Assembly: GCA_963422735.1 (NCBI GenBank)
Contig: OY730476.1
Coordinates: 2,464,001 to 2,528,000, forward strand
Origin: Candidatus Latescibacterota bacterium
GTDB taxonomy: Bacteria; Latescibacterota; UBA2968; UBA8231
Reading direction: 5' to 3'
DNA length: 64,000 nucleotides
Shown here: positions 50,415 to 60,332 of the stretch, piece by piece
Layout: every line of letters begins with the position of its first letter
Position numbering within the stretch: the first letter of the stretch is position 1
Program-made: the position numbers and the translations under genes
Notes under the pieces: model-generated
Told to the model about the DNA's origin: nothing
Database searches by the model: none
The model's input: the letters and a program-made list of their open reading frames with translations, nothing else

Positions 50415-51845
50415 TTGCGTTTCACTGACCTTGCCAACAAATCCATCACCGGCATTGCTTGCGCGTTATTGGCCTGCTGCAGCATGGCTGCTGCCCAAAC
50501 CGAATACGTCGTACGCGTGAGCGACGAGAAAATCTCGGTTGCCGAGTTCCAACAGCGCGCCCAGAAAATGATGAAAACGGGTTTTCGCCATATCGACATT
50601 GAAGACCCCCAGGCCAAAAAGGTTTTTCTCGACGGCATCATCGCCCACGAGTTGCTCGCGCAAGAAGGGATGCGGCGCGGGCTAGACCGCGATACGGTGA
50701 TCGCCGAGGAGGTGCGGCGCGTCGAAGAGCAGGCGTTGCGGAGCAAGCTCTACGAGGTCGCGGCACTGACGGGCGATTATTTGTCAACCGAAGAAGAGTT
50801 ACGGGCGTTTTTCGTCGAGCGGCAGTTCGACGCGGAGGTCTATAGCCAGCACATCGTCTGCGCCACCGAGGAAGAGGCGTGGGAAGTGCTGGATCGACTC
50901 GGCAAGGGCGAGACATTTGCCGAGCTTTTTCCGCTCTATTCGGTGCCGCACATTCAGAAACGTTTTGCGCCAGCCGGTCGGGTCGGTTGGGTTAAAACCG
51001 GCGGCTTGCTGCCCCCGTTGATCGAACCAATCAAGAGCATGAAGCCAGGCGAGGTCTATCCGCAACCGGTCGCGACCAGTTCGGGTTTCCATGTCTTCAA
51101 GCTCGAAAATCGGCGCAAGACGGATTTTGCCGCGACCCGGGACTGGTTGGAACGCCGATTGCGCGAGGTGAAGCGGGGGCGGGATATGGAGGCCTATGTC
51201 GGCGAATTGCGCCGGCGCTATGCGCTGACTCTGAACCCAGAGACGATGCAGCAATTGCAGGCGCTAGCCCCCGGGGTCAAGGCGTGGTCGGGGGAGGATC
51301 AGGTGTTGCTTAACTGGCAGGGCGGCGAGCTGACGCTCGGCGAATATCTGGAGTATCACCGCTTGGGCCGGGTCAAACATCCGGCGTCCCTCGACAGTGC
51401 CGGGTTGCACAAGGCCGCCGACGGGCTGGCGGGACGGGAGATCATGTTGGCAGAGGCCCGCAAGCTAAAGCTCGATGATGATCCAGAGATCAGGATCAAG
51501 ACCAAGACTCGCCGCGACGAATTGCTGATTCAGTGGCTCTATCGCGTCGAGGGCAAGGCGGTCGCGCTGGAGCAGGACGTGCCGGAAGGGGAAGTACGCA
51601 CGTTCTACGACGAAAACACCGATATGTTTACTCGTCAGGACGGGGAGGTTGCGGACTTTGATCTGGTTCGAGATAGCATTCGCGGGGCGCTGCTCACTCA
51701 TAAAGAAAATAAAGCGATGGATGATCTGATCGCCCGGCTACGGGAGGAACGCAAAGGGGAAATAGAGATTTATCTCATAGGTTTCGACCGCGCCCAACTC
51801 GTGCGGCCCGTTGCCCCTGCGAAGCCAGAGTCATTGCTAGAGTAA
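50415..51845 (+). CDS. exported PpiC-type peptidyl-prolyl isomerase (SurA/PrsA-like foldase)
   Basis: SQHIVC..EEEA..VL..L..GETFAEL, VGWV, PV.TSSGFHVFKL; duplicated helical domain; TTG start after AGGAGAG. Confidence 0.85.
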   Translation: MRFTDLANKSITGIACALLACCSMAAAQTEYVVRVSDEKISVAEFQQRAQKMMKTGFRHIDIEDPQAKKVFLDGIIAHELLAQEGMRRGLDRDTVIAEEVRRVEEQALRSKLYEVAALTGDYLSTEEELRAFFVERQFDAEVYSQHIVCATEEEAWEVLDRLGKGETFAELFPLYSVPHIQKRFAPAGRVGWVKTGGLLPPLIEPIKSMKPGEVYPQPVATSSGFHVFKLENRRKTDFAATRDWLERRLREVKRGRDMEAYVGELRRRYALTLNPETMQQLQALAPGVKAWSGEDQVLLNWQGGELTLGEYLEYHRLGRVKHPASLDSAGLHKAADGLAGREIMLAEARKLKLDDDPEIRIKTKTRRDELLIQWLYRVEGKAVALEQDVPEGEVRTFYDENTDMFTRQDGEVADFDLVRDSIRGALLTHKENKAMDDLIARLREERKGEIEIYLIGFDRAQLVRPVAPAKPESLLE

Positions 51846-51890
51846 GACGGAGGTATATCTAACGCTTCTGTGAATTTCTAATTGGATTCT

Positions 51891-52020
51891 TTGTTGGCGT
51901 GTATTATATTACGCCACACAAGCTGCAGGGTAATAGCCGTTTTTACCTATGCCAATCGTGTAGGTAGAATGTTTAAGTCAATATTTTATACGTATAATGC
52001 GTAACGTAATATCGTAATAA
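51891..52020 (+). promoter_or_regulatory. AT-rich promoter/operator region
   Basis: TGGCGT-N10-ACGCCA inverted repeat; palindrome TTATACGTATAA 51986-51997 overlapping TATAAT; three CGTAA units. Confidence 0.5.
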
Positions 52021-52043
52021 CCTCCAAAGAAAGGGGATTGCAG

Positions 52044-52967
52044 ATGCGTAAACTTATCCTGATGGGTGTGTTCAGCTTAGCTTTTGTTGGGCTGGCGAAT
52101 GCCCAGTTTAATGACCCTCCCGCACTGGAGAACCGCAATGGTAGTATGGGCTTCCAGTGGTACATGCTCGAAGTGCCCGACGATGCCAATATGGTGATGG
52201 ACGGCAAGGCCGATGATTGGGACTGGTGGGATCCCGAATACACTATTGTCACCGAGGAGTTCCGCGATGAAGCCGATCGCCCATCGCCGACCCGCGACGA
52301 CCTTAGCCTCACTCTGTTTATGGGGTGGAAGGGAGGCGATATCAACCGCTGGTTTGTGTTCTTGGAGATCGTCGATGACACGTTGCATCATCACGGTACC
52401 AACATCGAGCGCTGGGAAGGCGAGATGATCGAGTTTGCTCTCGATCCTCAAGATCACGGCCGCGAATTGCCCTCCGGTTACAACATGGAGTGGCTCGGTG
52501 CGCCTGGCGATCTGAGCCCGCCCGCCAATATCCGCTACCGCTGGCTGGATCAGGAGGCTTGGATACAATACGGCGATCCAGAATACATGGACTATTCGGT
52601 GACCGTTGACCCGCCTGAAGCTTGGGCAGCTGATATCTGGCCTACTGGCGGTACTACAGTCTATGAGTTCAACTACGTAGTCCTCTGGTTCCACGAGGAT
52701 GGCGGCCCTTCCGTCAGCCAAGTCCATCAGCTCGACAGCGTCGCCGGTGAAGATGGTTTTGGCCTGCCGTTCTCCTTTTGGATCGAGGACGGCGATTCCA
52801 GTGCGCCCGACAACGACCTCACCTCGCGCGGCCCCGAGGCTTCGGCCCGCCAGTACTACTCGCACGCCTTGCTGCTGCGGACCGGCGAGTATGTTGATGG
52901 CCGTGGCGATGTTGGGACTGCGGTGGAGAATTCGACCTGGGGTCAGATCAAGCACGCCTATAAGTAG
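52044..52967 (+). CDS. secreted acidic protein with CBM9/DOMON-like features and C-terminal TAVE...WGQIK tail
   Basis: Signal peptide ending ANA; MDGKADDW, EIVDD, IEFALD, TVYEF; GTAVENSTWGQIKHAYK. Confidence 0.75.
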   Translation: MRKLILMGVFSLAFVGLANAQFNDPPALENRNGSMGFQWYMLEVPDDANMVMDGKADDWDWWDPEYTIVTEEFRDEADRPSPTRDDLSLTLFMGWKGGDINRWFVFLEIVDDTLHHHGTNIERWEGEMIEFALDPQDHGRELPSGYNMEWLGAPGDLSPPANIRYRWLDQEAWIQYGDPEYMDYSVTVDPPEAWAADIWPTGGTTVYEFNYVVLWFHEDGGPSVSQVHQLDSVAGEDGFGLPFSFWIEDGDSSAPDNDLTSRGPEASARQYYSHALLLRTGEYVDGRGDVGTAVENSTWGQIKHAYK

Positions 52968-52995
52968 GCCTTACCTAGTCGGTTAGCAGAGAGGT

Positions 52996-53032
52996 AATTC
53001 GGGGCAATGGGCGTTTGCCATTGCCCCGAATT
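52996..53032 (+). terminator. 15-bp perfect hairpin without a long U-tract (partial terminator or mRNA stabiliser)
   Basis: AATTCGGGGCAATGG-N7-CCATTGCCCCGAATT. Confidence 0.65.
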
Positions 53033-53065
53033 GCTTGAGTGTCGCCCATGATAAGGATCTAGCAC

Positions 53066-53803
53066 ATGCGCGGATTGTGGTTGATTGGCATCTTGCTCAC
53101 CATAGGGGGCTGTGGCCGCTATTTCCCACAAGACCTGCGGCCGATGGCCCAACAGGCGGAAGGGATGGTGGTCAACGACGATGGCTCGGTCACGTATACC
53201 CTCAGTCGTCTGGCCATCAATCTCAAGCCGATGATCGACGCTGAACTCAACCGGCAATTTCCCGCCGCCTCTACTGGCGGTGCGGCTTCGACCAACCCCT
53301 ACACCTTCGGCGACTGGCAGATACCTGGCGAGGATTGGACCCGGCCGCGCTTTACCGTGATCCAGCTCAAAGTGAGAAATTACCAGTTCCCCAAAGTCGT
53401 AATTGACCCGCAAAAGGCGACGATTGCCTCGACTAACAACAGAATCTACCGATCGCTTTCCTACGCCCAGCTTTATACTTATTTCCGTGCCTTCTGGCAG
53501 GGGCGTACCGGCCAGGGTCGAGTCGCCTTCAAAAGCCGCACCAGTATCCTCCGACAATCCATGTACACCGAAGCGACCACCGTCTTTAGCGGAAGCGAAC
53601 AAGAGGGTTATCTGGTTTTCCCCCTGCTCGACAACGACGTGACGAACATCCGCCTTGATCTCGAAGATATTGCCGTCCGCTTCAACTACGCTGGCGAAGC
53701 GGTTGAAACGATCAATCTCAGCTTCTCGTTCGAACGCGAGGTGCTGCGGGGATATCATCTTTCGGATGCGCAGCAGGCGAGCGCGGCCGCAGAGCGAGAA
53801 TAA
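53066..53803 (+). CDS. hypothetical lipoprotein
   Basis: MRGLWLIGILLTIGGC lipobox; beta-rich, EGYLVFP like DUF4352-type Ig folds. Confidence 0.75.
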   Translation: MRGLWLIGILLTIGGCGRYFPQDLRPMAQQAEGMVVNDDGSVTYTLSRLAINLKPMIDAELNRQFPAASTGGAASTNPYTFGDWQIPGEDWTRPRFTVIQLKVRNYQFPKVVIDPQKATIASTNNRIYRSLSYAQLYTYFRAFWQGRTGQGRVAFKSRTSILRQSMYTEATTVFSGSEQEGYLVFPLLDNDVTNIRLDLEDIAVRFNYAGEAVETINLSFSFEREVLRGYHLSDAQQASAAAERE

Positions 53804-53840
53804 CGGCGTGTACATTCGTCCTCTACATCTATAGTTAAAA

Positions 53841-55835
53841 ATGATCACTATCTGGATCAGAGCCGCGGCCCTATGTCTATGGATCACTGCGGCCCATGGC
53901 CAGGTAGAGGTCTATCAGGTCGGTCGCGGAGGTCTGTCGTGGACCGATCAAGCCTCCGTGCAGACCGGGGCAGTGGAAAGCGATGGCTCGCTGCAATCGC
54001 TCGAACTGGCCAGCGGCCAAAATTTGATCCAGCTACTGCGCGATTCCGGCCTGACTTGGTTAAAGGGACAGCCCCCTGATTTCACGGCAGTGGGTCAGCC
54101 GCGGGCGTGGTCCAATGACGGCCTATTCAACCAGATCAACGGTCCCCTGCGCTTGGTTGACGGCGACCCAAGCAGCTCCTCCGAGGGCAGCTTCAAGAGC
54201 GTCCGCAATCAGGCGGGAGCGACCTTCTCTTGGGATCTGGGTTCCCCTTTCCCGATCAATCGAGTGCGCTTCTACCCCGACCCCAACGATCCCGACTCCT
54301 TTATCAAGGCTTTTGAGTTGCTGGTCAACGACGGAGCCGACTTCAACGAGATCAACCGACCCACCTATCAGTTGCTGCGGAGAGTGGAGGGCAACCGCAA
54401 CCAAGTCGTCGATTTGGAATTTCTGCCCCTACAGGGTCGTTTTCTGCAGCTCAAGGTTTTGTCCAAGTCGGCTTTCAACTTGGCCGAATTTGAAATTTTC
54501 GGCGAGGGTTTCGTGCCAGTGTCGAGTTATGTCTCCGACCTGCACTCTTTTGGCGAAGCAGTCAATTTCGGGCAACTGCGGATTCACTCCACCAAGCTGA
54601 TACGTGGCGCTGGAGGCGAGGATCGGCGGCCAGCCGCCATCCTGCAGATGCGCAGCGGTGCCGACGACACACCGCTGTCCTACTTTCGCCGCGACCGCGA
54701 CACCGGCTCTGTTGCGGAGGTCTCGTTCGCCGAGTACAACGCCGATCTGCCACGGCGTGCCTTGTTCCGCCAGGATCCCAGCACCGGCGATGTACTCGAG
54801 GAACTAGAGCGGGTTGACTATCTAGAACTGCCGGCGGAAGAGCAAGGGCCGGTGCGCGACTTCGTCAAGGGCGATATCCGCGACGACGGGGGCAACTGGA
54901 GCCCGTGGTCGACACCTTTGACAATCGACGCGACGGGCACCCTAATCCTGCCGGTCAATCTACCCAGCCCGCGCGAGTTTTTTCAGTTCCGCTTCTTTTT
55001 TCAGGGTGACGCCGAGACCACGATCCGCATCGACACCCTGAGTTTGGAGCATTCGCCTGCGCTCGTCAGCAACGCGGTAGGCGAGGTGGCACTGGCAAAT
55101 GATCTAAGTCCGCAGGGCAGGATTATCGCTGTTGCGGGCGGAGTGGATACATCTTTTGTCTACGACATCCGCGCCGATTTCGACGCGGAGGGGTTGGCGG
55201 GTTTTCGCGGCATCAAGCTGGCGGCTTTCCCTCCGCCGGTTTTTTCCGGGCTGCAGGTGGGCGATCCGCTCGTTGCTGTTGGCGATGTCGTGGTTGCGGA
55301 GACTGCCGATGGCTTTGAGGTATTTTTCGATCCCGTGCAAGAGGCCAACAATCAGCCGTTGCGAGTTACCTTCAAATTGCGGCTACTCGAGCACAATACG
55401 CCAGTCAACGCTTGGCTGCTAGGCGCGGGCGAGGTGCCGCCTCATCCTATTTCGGTCGGCGATGCCAGTAGCGATGTAGGCACCGGGACGATCAATATCT
55501 TCACGCTCGATTCCCGTCCAAAAATCGAAATCCAGCTTTTGACACCGATTGTCACGCCCAATGGCGACGCGGTCAATGACGCGGTCGACATCGACTTCGT
55601 CTTGGCCCAATTCGCCGGGGATCTCGAGGTCGATATCGGCGTTTTTAACCTGTCCGGCGTCGAGGTACGCCGGCTCGTCTCCGGCATGCTATCCGCAGGG
55701 GCGCACCGCGAGGCGTGGGACGGCAAGGGAGAGAGCGGCGCAATGGTGCCGCCGGGGATCTATATCATTCGGTTTTCCGTCAAGGCCGATGCAGAAGCCC
55801 TTGAAACCGCCAAGTTAATAGGGGTGGCGTATTGA
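53841..55835 (+). CDS. exported protein, discoidin-like domain + FlgD-Ig C-terminal domain (paralog 1)
   Basis: Signal peptide; LVDGD..WDLG..INRVRFYP; TPNGDAVND...WDG...PGIY...VAY. Confidence 0.8.
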   Translation: MITIWIRAAALCLWITAAHGQVEVYQVGRGGLSWTDQASVQTGAVESDGSLQSLELASGQNLIQLLRDSGLTWLKGQPPDFTAVGQPRAWSNDGLFNQINGPLRLVDGDPSSSSEGSFKSVRNQAGATFSWDLGSPFPINRVRFYPDPNDPDSFIKAFELLVNDGADFNEINRPTYQLLRRVEGNRNQVVDLEFLPLQGRFLQLKVLSKSAFNLAEFEIFGEGFVPVSSYVSDLHSFGEAVNFGQLRIHSTKLIRGAGGEDRRPAAILQMRSGADDTPLSYFRRDRDTGSVAEVSFAEYNADLPRRALFRQDPSTGDVLEELERVDYLELPAEEQGPVRDFVKGDIRDDGGNWSPWSTPLTIDATGTLILPVNLPSPREFFQFRFFFQGDAETTIRIDTLSLEHSPALVSNAVGEVALANDLSPQGRIIAVAGGVDTSFVYDIRADFDAEGLAGFRGIKLAAFPPPVFSGLQVGDPLVAVGDVVVAETADGFEVFFDPVQEANNQPLRVTFKLRLLEHNTPVNAWLLGAGEVPPHPISVGDASSDVGTGTINIFTLDSRPKIEIQLLTPIVTPNGDAVNDAVDIDFVLAQFAGDLEVDIGVFNLSGVEVRRLVSGMLSAGAHREAWDGKGESGAMVPPGIYIIRFSVKADAEALETAKLIGVAY

Positions 55836-57916
55836 TCCGTTCAAATACCAGAGCATGTGTGGTGCTGCTGTGGTTGCAGGGTGCGGCTTGGGGGCAGGCA
55901 ATGGATGCGGCTTGGGTTGTCGGCGGAGCCAACGGAGAGCCTTGGGCCCAGGCGCGCGAGCGCTGGATTGCCCTCGACGACACTAGCCGCGTCGGGTCGA
56001 TCCAGCCGCAGGAAATTCCGCGTGGCCACAGCGTTATGCGCGAATTGGTGCGGACCACCGGGATTTCGAGCCAGCGCAATATCTTCGGCTACACTTGGAA
56101 TTTCTCCAAAGGCCCGATCACTCTCGAGGGCGACACCTTGCGGCTAGGCTGGAATCCGCGGCTGTGGGACGCCGGCGGGCGCGAGGCGGGCACGGTAGCG
56201 ATCTCGCGCGGATTAGTCGATGGGGACGGGCTGAGCCCGGCTTTCCTGCACGCCGAACGCACCGATGGTTTGCCGACGGTTGACAAGTTTTTCACGCTCG
56301 ACCTCGGCGTACCGGTGCCGATTGACAGCATCTCCTTTTACCCGCCGCAGAGCGGTCTATTCGAAGACGGTCGGCGGCAGCGGGCACTGTTTCCGGTCGC
56401 CTATGAGGTCAGCCGCGCCAATACGCCGGTGGACTGGCTGATTTTTGAAGATGAAGATGTCTCGACCGGGACAAATGGCTACCATCCCCTAGAAGAGACC
56501 TTGGGTAGCACCTTCACCAACAATACCAGCGTCGTCTCGTTGAAAGCCGGGCTGCGCTTCACCCGCTTTTTGCGCTTCAAGTTCGGCGGCGTGACCTCTA
56601 CCGGGATGCTCGCGGAAGTCGAGGCCTTCGGACGAGGTTTCCCCGCCGAAGGTCGCTATATCTCAAAAGTCCATTCTTTCGCCGGGCAGGTCAGCCTTGG
56701 TCGGATCACTTGGAACTTCACCAAATACCGCCAAGCATCTTCGGGCGAGGTCTCGGTTGATCCGGCGGCCCCGGTCGAGTTGCTGCTCCGCACCCGGGCG
56801 GGGATCGACGCCGACCCGATCGATTACTTCATCTTTGATGAGCTCGGTCGCCAAGTTTTGGTAGATCGGGAGAGCTATTTCGATGGGCCACCGCCGCGCA
56901 GCCAGTTCGAGATATCGTCGGTCAATTCGGGCGGGCTTGCCGGTTATCGGGCTTCGCGTTCCGACGATATTACCCATTGGAATAATTGGTCGGTGCCCTA
57001 CCAGATGTCGGGCGACGAGATCCGCTCTTCCGACGGCAGGGAATTTTTCCAGTTCCGCTTCGAGATCAAGACCGCCGACCCGCTCGCCTTCGGCGTCCTC
57101 GATTCGGTGGCCTTCGAGTTTTCGCCGGTGCTGGCCGATAGCGTACTGGGGGAAGTGTCGCTAGCAGGGTTGGCCGAGGACCAGCAAGGCGTGGTGGAAG
57201 TGCCATTGGGGATAGATACGCTTTTCGTCTATGATATTCGCACTGTATTCGGCACGGGTGCCCGCCCCGGTTTTGACGGCGTCGAGCTCGATGTGCCTGC
57301 GGGGGCACGTTTCGTCGGCTTGGAGCGGGATGGGGCCGAGTTGCTGGAGGGAACGGATTTCTCCCAACAAACCGCTGCCGGTCGCCTGCGGATTCTCTTC
57401 ACCGAACCAATCGCCGAGGACGCGGTTTTGCGGCTCCGCTTCCGCAGCGCGATCTACCAAGCCTCCGTTTTTATGGAAGGACGGATATTCAACAGGGGCG
57501 CCGCAGTCGCAAGCTTGCCACAGTCGATTGAGTCGGGCAACGCTCGCACGGAGGGCGGCAGCAACGGCATTCAGGTGGTGGCGACCGAGGTCAAAACGCG
57601 TGTTATCGGAGATCTATGGCTTTCGTCCCCGGTCATCACTCCCAACGGAGATGGGGTCAATGAGGAGACCATGGTTTCCTTCAACCTGTTCGGCGTCGGC
57701 GGTGCTGGAGTCCGAGTCGAGATCTACGACCTAGCCGGGCATCGGGTCTCCTCGGTGCTAGACCAACAGGCCATTGCCGGACCCTACGGACCCAGTTGGT
57801 CAGGGCAGGACGGAGGGGACGGATTAGTCGCGCCGGGGATCTACCTGATTGCGGTTGAGGTAGATGTGGATCGGGGCATCCAAACGCTGTTCAAACCCGT
57901 CGCAGTGATCTATTAA
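55832..57916 (+). CDS. exported protein, discoidin-like domain + FlgD-Ig C-terminal domain (paralog 2)
   Basis: Signal peptide; LVDGD..LDLG..IDSISFYP; TPNGDGVNE...PGIY...VIY; 4-nt overlap with paralog 1. Confidence 0.8.
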   Translation: MIRSNTRACVVLLWLQGAAWGQAMDAAWVVGGANGEPWAQARERWIALDDTSRVGSIQPQEIPRGHSVMRELVRTTGISSQRNIFGYTWNFSKGPITLEGDTLRLGWNPRLWDAGGREAGTVAISRGLVDGDGLSPAFLHAERTDGLPTVDKFFTLDLGVPVPIDSISFYPPQSGLFEDGRRQRALFPVAYEVSRANTPVDWLIFEDEDVSTGTNGYHPLEETLGSTFTNNTSVVSLKAGLRFTRFLRFKFGGVTSTGMLAEVEAFGRGFPAEGRYISKVHSFAGQVSLGRITWNFTKYRQASSGEVSVDPAAPVELLLRTRAGIDADPIDYFIFDELGRQVLVDRESYFDGPPPRSQFEISSVNSGGLAGYRASRSDDITHWNNWSVPYQMSGDEIRSSDGREFFQFRFEIKTADPLAFGVLDSVAFEFSPVLADSVLGEVSLAGLAEDQQGVVEVPLGIDTLFVYDIRTVFGTGARPGFDGVELDVPAGARFVGLERDGAELLEGTDFSQQTAAGRLRILFTEPIAEDAVLRLRFRSAIYQASVFMEGRIFNRGAAVASLPQSIESGNARTEGGSNGIQVVATEVKTRVIGDLWLSSPVITPNGDGVNEETMVSFNLFGVGGAGVRVEIYDLAGHRVSSVLDQQAIAGPYGPSWSGQDGGDGLVAPGIYLIAVEVDVDRGIQTLFKPVAVIY

Positions 57917-57934
57917 CGGCCTAGCGAGAAAAAG

Positions 57935-60292
57935 ATGAGACGCCCATTGAACCAAATACTGGCTGTGGCGGTAGCTGCCGCGTTATCAGGAGCAGAGCTG
58001 GCTGCGCAGGATCTGGTTTTCAGCGGATTGGATTTCGACGCTTGGGATCATCCCCGAGGCTTGGTCAACGTCCGGGAAGACGGCATCGGGGTCAAGCGCT
58101 TCGGCAAGACCTTCAATGCGGTGGCCAATGCCAACGAGTTCTCATCGGTTATCATCGGCGATCTCTACGGCAGCATCCGACCGGTGCGCACCCCCTCGAA
58201 CCAAGCTGACGCCCACTTGATCGCCGACCAAGATCCCAATACTTGGTGGAAGCCCGTTGCCACCGACCCGACGGAGAACTTCTGGGTGGAGCTCGATCTG
58301 GGTCGGGCGGTAATCGCCGAGAATATCCGCGTGGTCTTCCCCGATACCACCAACGCACGACCGTTTACGTTTTTCTCGATATTCACCAGTCCGGGGGTGC
58401 GAGTGGCTTTCGGCGGGGGCAACCGGATCGTCTTCAATCAGGTCGGCCGTCCGATCAACAACAACACCGAGCGCGTAGTCGAATTCCAACTCGAAATGGA
58501 TAAGGACGCGTCGCAGAAATTCTCGCCGGTGCGCTTTGTGCGCTTCGAGGCCGCCGGCCGCACGCCCGACGCGGCACTAGCCGAGATTGAGGTTGACGGC
58601 GTAGGGTTCAACATCGCCTCTAAGGTCTCGATCGAACGCCGGATTGAGCGCGGCGACGAAGGGTGGGGTGGGCGGACTTGGACTTCGGATGCACGCGAAT
58701 GCGCGGACCGTGCCTGCGGGCGCGGCAGCGGTGCCGAGGCGCTAATCGACGAGGACTTAGGCTTTCGCATGTGGAATATCGAGGCGGTTATCAAAAGCGG
58801 CGATTGGCGCGATTCGGGTTACTGGGGTGTGGTCGATTTTGAAAACGTCTTCCGCGTTGACCGAGTAGTTTGGTTGCCCTATGTCAGCGGCGTTGGCCCC
58901 TATCCGTACGCCCATTTTTCCGGCGGCTGTGGTTGGTCTAACCAAGAGTTATTCACTTCGGACGGAACGCCCAGCAAGACCGCGATCCCGGAAGTGGAAG
59001 GCCCTTTTGAATACGGACTGCTCGCCGCGGACACCGGCAACAAGGGCATCTACGATTTTCAGTTCCCGCCGCGAGCAGTGCGGTTGATCAACTGGCGCGT
59101 GCCTAGCGGGTCCGGTAATTGCCGGGCGTTGCAGTGGTGGATCTTCCACAGCGAGGGCTATCCCGCTCGCATCTCCATTGAGTCGGTCGATCTGCCGATG
59201 GGCGGTGCGCGAAGTATCCGCCGGGTCGAGTGGGATGCCGATCTACCGCCTGGCACCCGGGTCGAGGTGCAGACTCAGACGGGCAACGGCTTCCAGAATA
59301 TCAAGCGCTACTACTTGACCAATGGCAAGGAAGTCACCAAGGAGGGCTACGAGGCGGCCAAGAGGCGCCAGCGCGGCGATATAGTCGATGAGAGCATCCG
59401 AGACGCCTCTTGGAATACTTGGAGCAACCCGCACCGCTTCTCGGGGCAGGCCTTCCAGTCGCCGACGCCCCGGCAATGGTTGCAGGCTCGCGTGGCGTTA
59501 ATCAGCGATGATCCCGAGGTCTTCCCCAAACTGCGTTCGCTGACTTTTGTGGCCAGCGATCCGGTGATTTCTTCCGGGCTGAGTGGCAGCGTCTTGCCGA
59601 GGGAGGCCGCATTGGATTCGCTGACGGAATTCCGCTATACGATCAAGCCGGCGGCCTTCAACCGCAGCGACGTGGGTTTCGACCGGGTGTTGATCACTCT
59701 GCCTATAGGTGGTGTTGGGGCCAATTTGGTGCAGGCGACGGTCGGCGGGGTCGAGGTCGAGGCGACCAGCGCGCTGCAAGGGGATTCACTGCTAGTGCAG
59801 TTGCCCCCGCCCGTAGTCCGGCGCGATTCGGTGGAGATTGCCTTTACAACACGCGTATTCGCAAGCCCGACGGTTTTCGAAGCGTTCGCCTTCAATTCCG
59901 CGCAGACCGACAACACCCAAGGCGTACTGCCGGTGGTTTTCGGGGCCGACTGGGTTTTCGTGCCAGACGCGGTGGCCGATGGGGAGCTGGTCCGCAAGCT
60001 CGGTCACACCGATATATTCACGCCGAACCAAGACGGAACCAACGACCTTTATCAGCTAAGTTTTATCGTGGTAAAGACCGAGAAGCAACCACGAGTGCGG
60101 ATCTTTGCCCTCAATGGGGTCCAAGTCGCCGAGTTGGCCAACCACAATCCCGCGGGCAACCAAGCGCAATACGCTTGGGATGGCACCACAGCCTCTGGGA
60201 CGGTACCCCCGGGGGTCTATCTGGTGCATATTTCCGTGCCCGCCGACGCCGGGGAAGAAGTGGTCCAGAAGCTCTTACACGTAGCATACTGA
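57935..60292 (+). CDS. exported protein, two discoidin-like domains + FlgD-Ig C-terminal domain (paralog 3)
   Basis: Signal peptide; DQDPNTWW..ELDLG, VDFENVFRVDRV; TPNQDGTND...WDG...PGVY...VAY. Confidence 0.8.
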   Translation: MRRPLNQILAVAVAAALSGAELAAQDLVFSGLDFDAWDHPRGLVNVREDGIGVKRFGKTFNAVANANEFSSVIIGDLYGSIRPVRTPSNQADAHLIADQDPNTWWKPVATDPTENFWVELDLGRAVIAENIRVVFPDTTNARPFTFFSIFTSPGVRVAFGGGNRIVFNQVGRPINNNTERVVEFQLEMDKDASQKFSPVRFVRFEAAGRTPDAALAEIEVDGVGFNIASKVSIERRIERGDEGWGGRTWTSDARECADRACGRGSGAEALIDEDLGFRMWNIEAVIKSGDWRDSGYWGVVDFENVFRVDRVVWLPYVSGVGPYPYAHFSGGCGWSNQELFTSDGTPSKTAIPEVEGPFEYGLLAADTGNKGIYDFQFPPRAVRLINWRVPSGSGNCRALQWWIFHSEGYPARISIESVDLPMGGARSIRRVEWDADLPPGTRVEVQTQTGNGFQNIKRYYLTNGKEVTKEGYEAAKRRQRGDIVDESIRDASWNTWSNPHRFSGQAFQSPTPRQWLQARVALISDDPEVFPKLRSLTFVASDPVISSGLSGSVLPREAALDSLTEFRYTIKPAAFNRSDVGFDRVLITLPIGGVGANLVQATVGGVEVEATSALQGDSLLVQLPPPVVRRDSVEIAFTTRVFASPTVFEAFAFNSAQTDNTQGVLPVVFGADWVFVPDAVADGELVRKLGHTDIFTPNQDGTNDLYQLSFIVVKTEKQPRVRIFALNGVQVAELANHNPAGNQAQYAWDGTTASGTVPPGVYLVHISVPADAGEEVVQKLLHVAY

Positions 60293-60332
60293 TGCAAAGC
60301 TTTGCCTTCACAAACCTATGGGAGGGGTGACG

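Noticed and set aside
52077-53887. Long minus-strand ORFs of 292 and 309 aa
   Set aside because: Antisense shadows of well-formed + strand genes, expected at high GC; the same applies to most other overlapping ORFs in the track.
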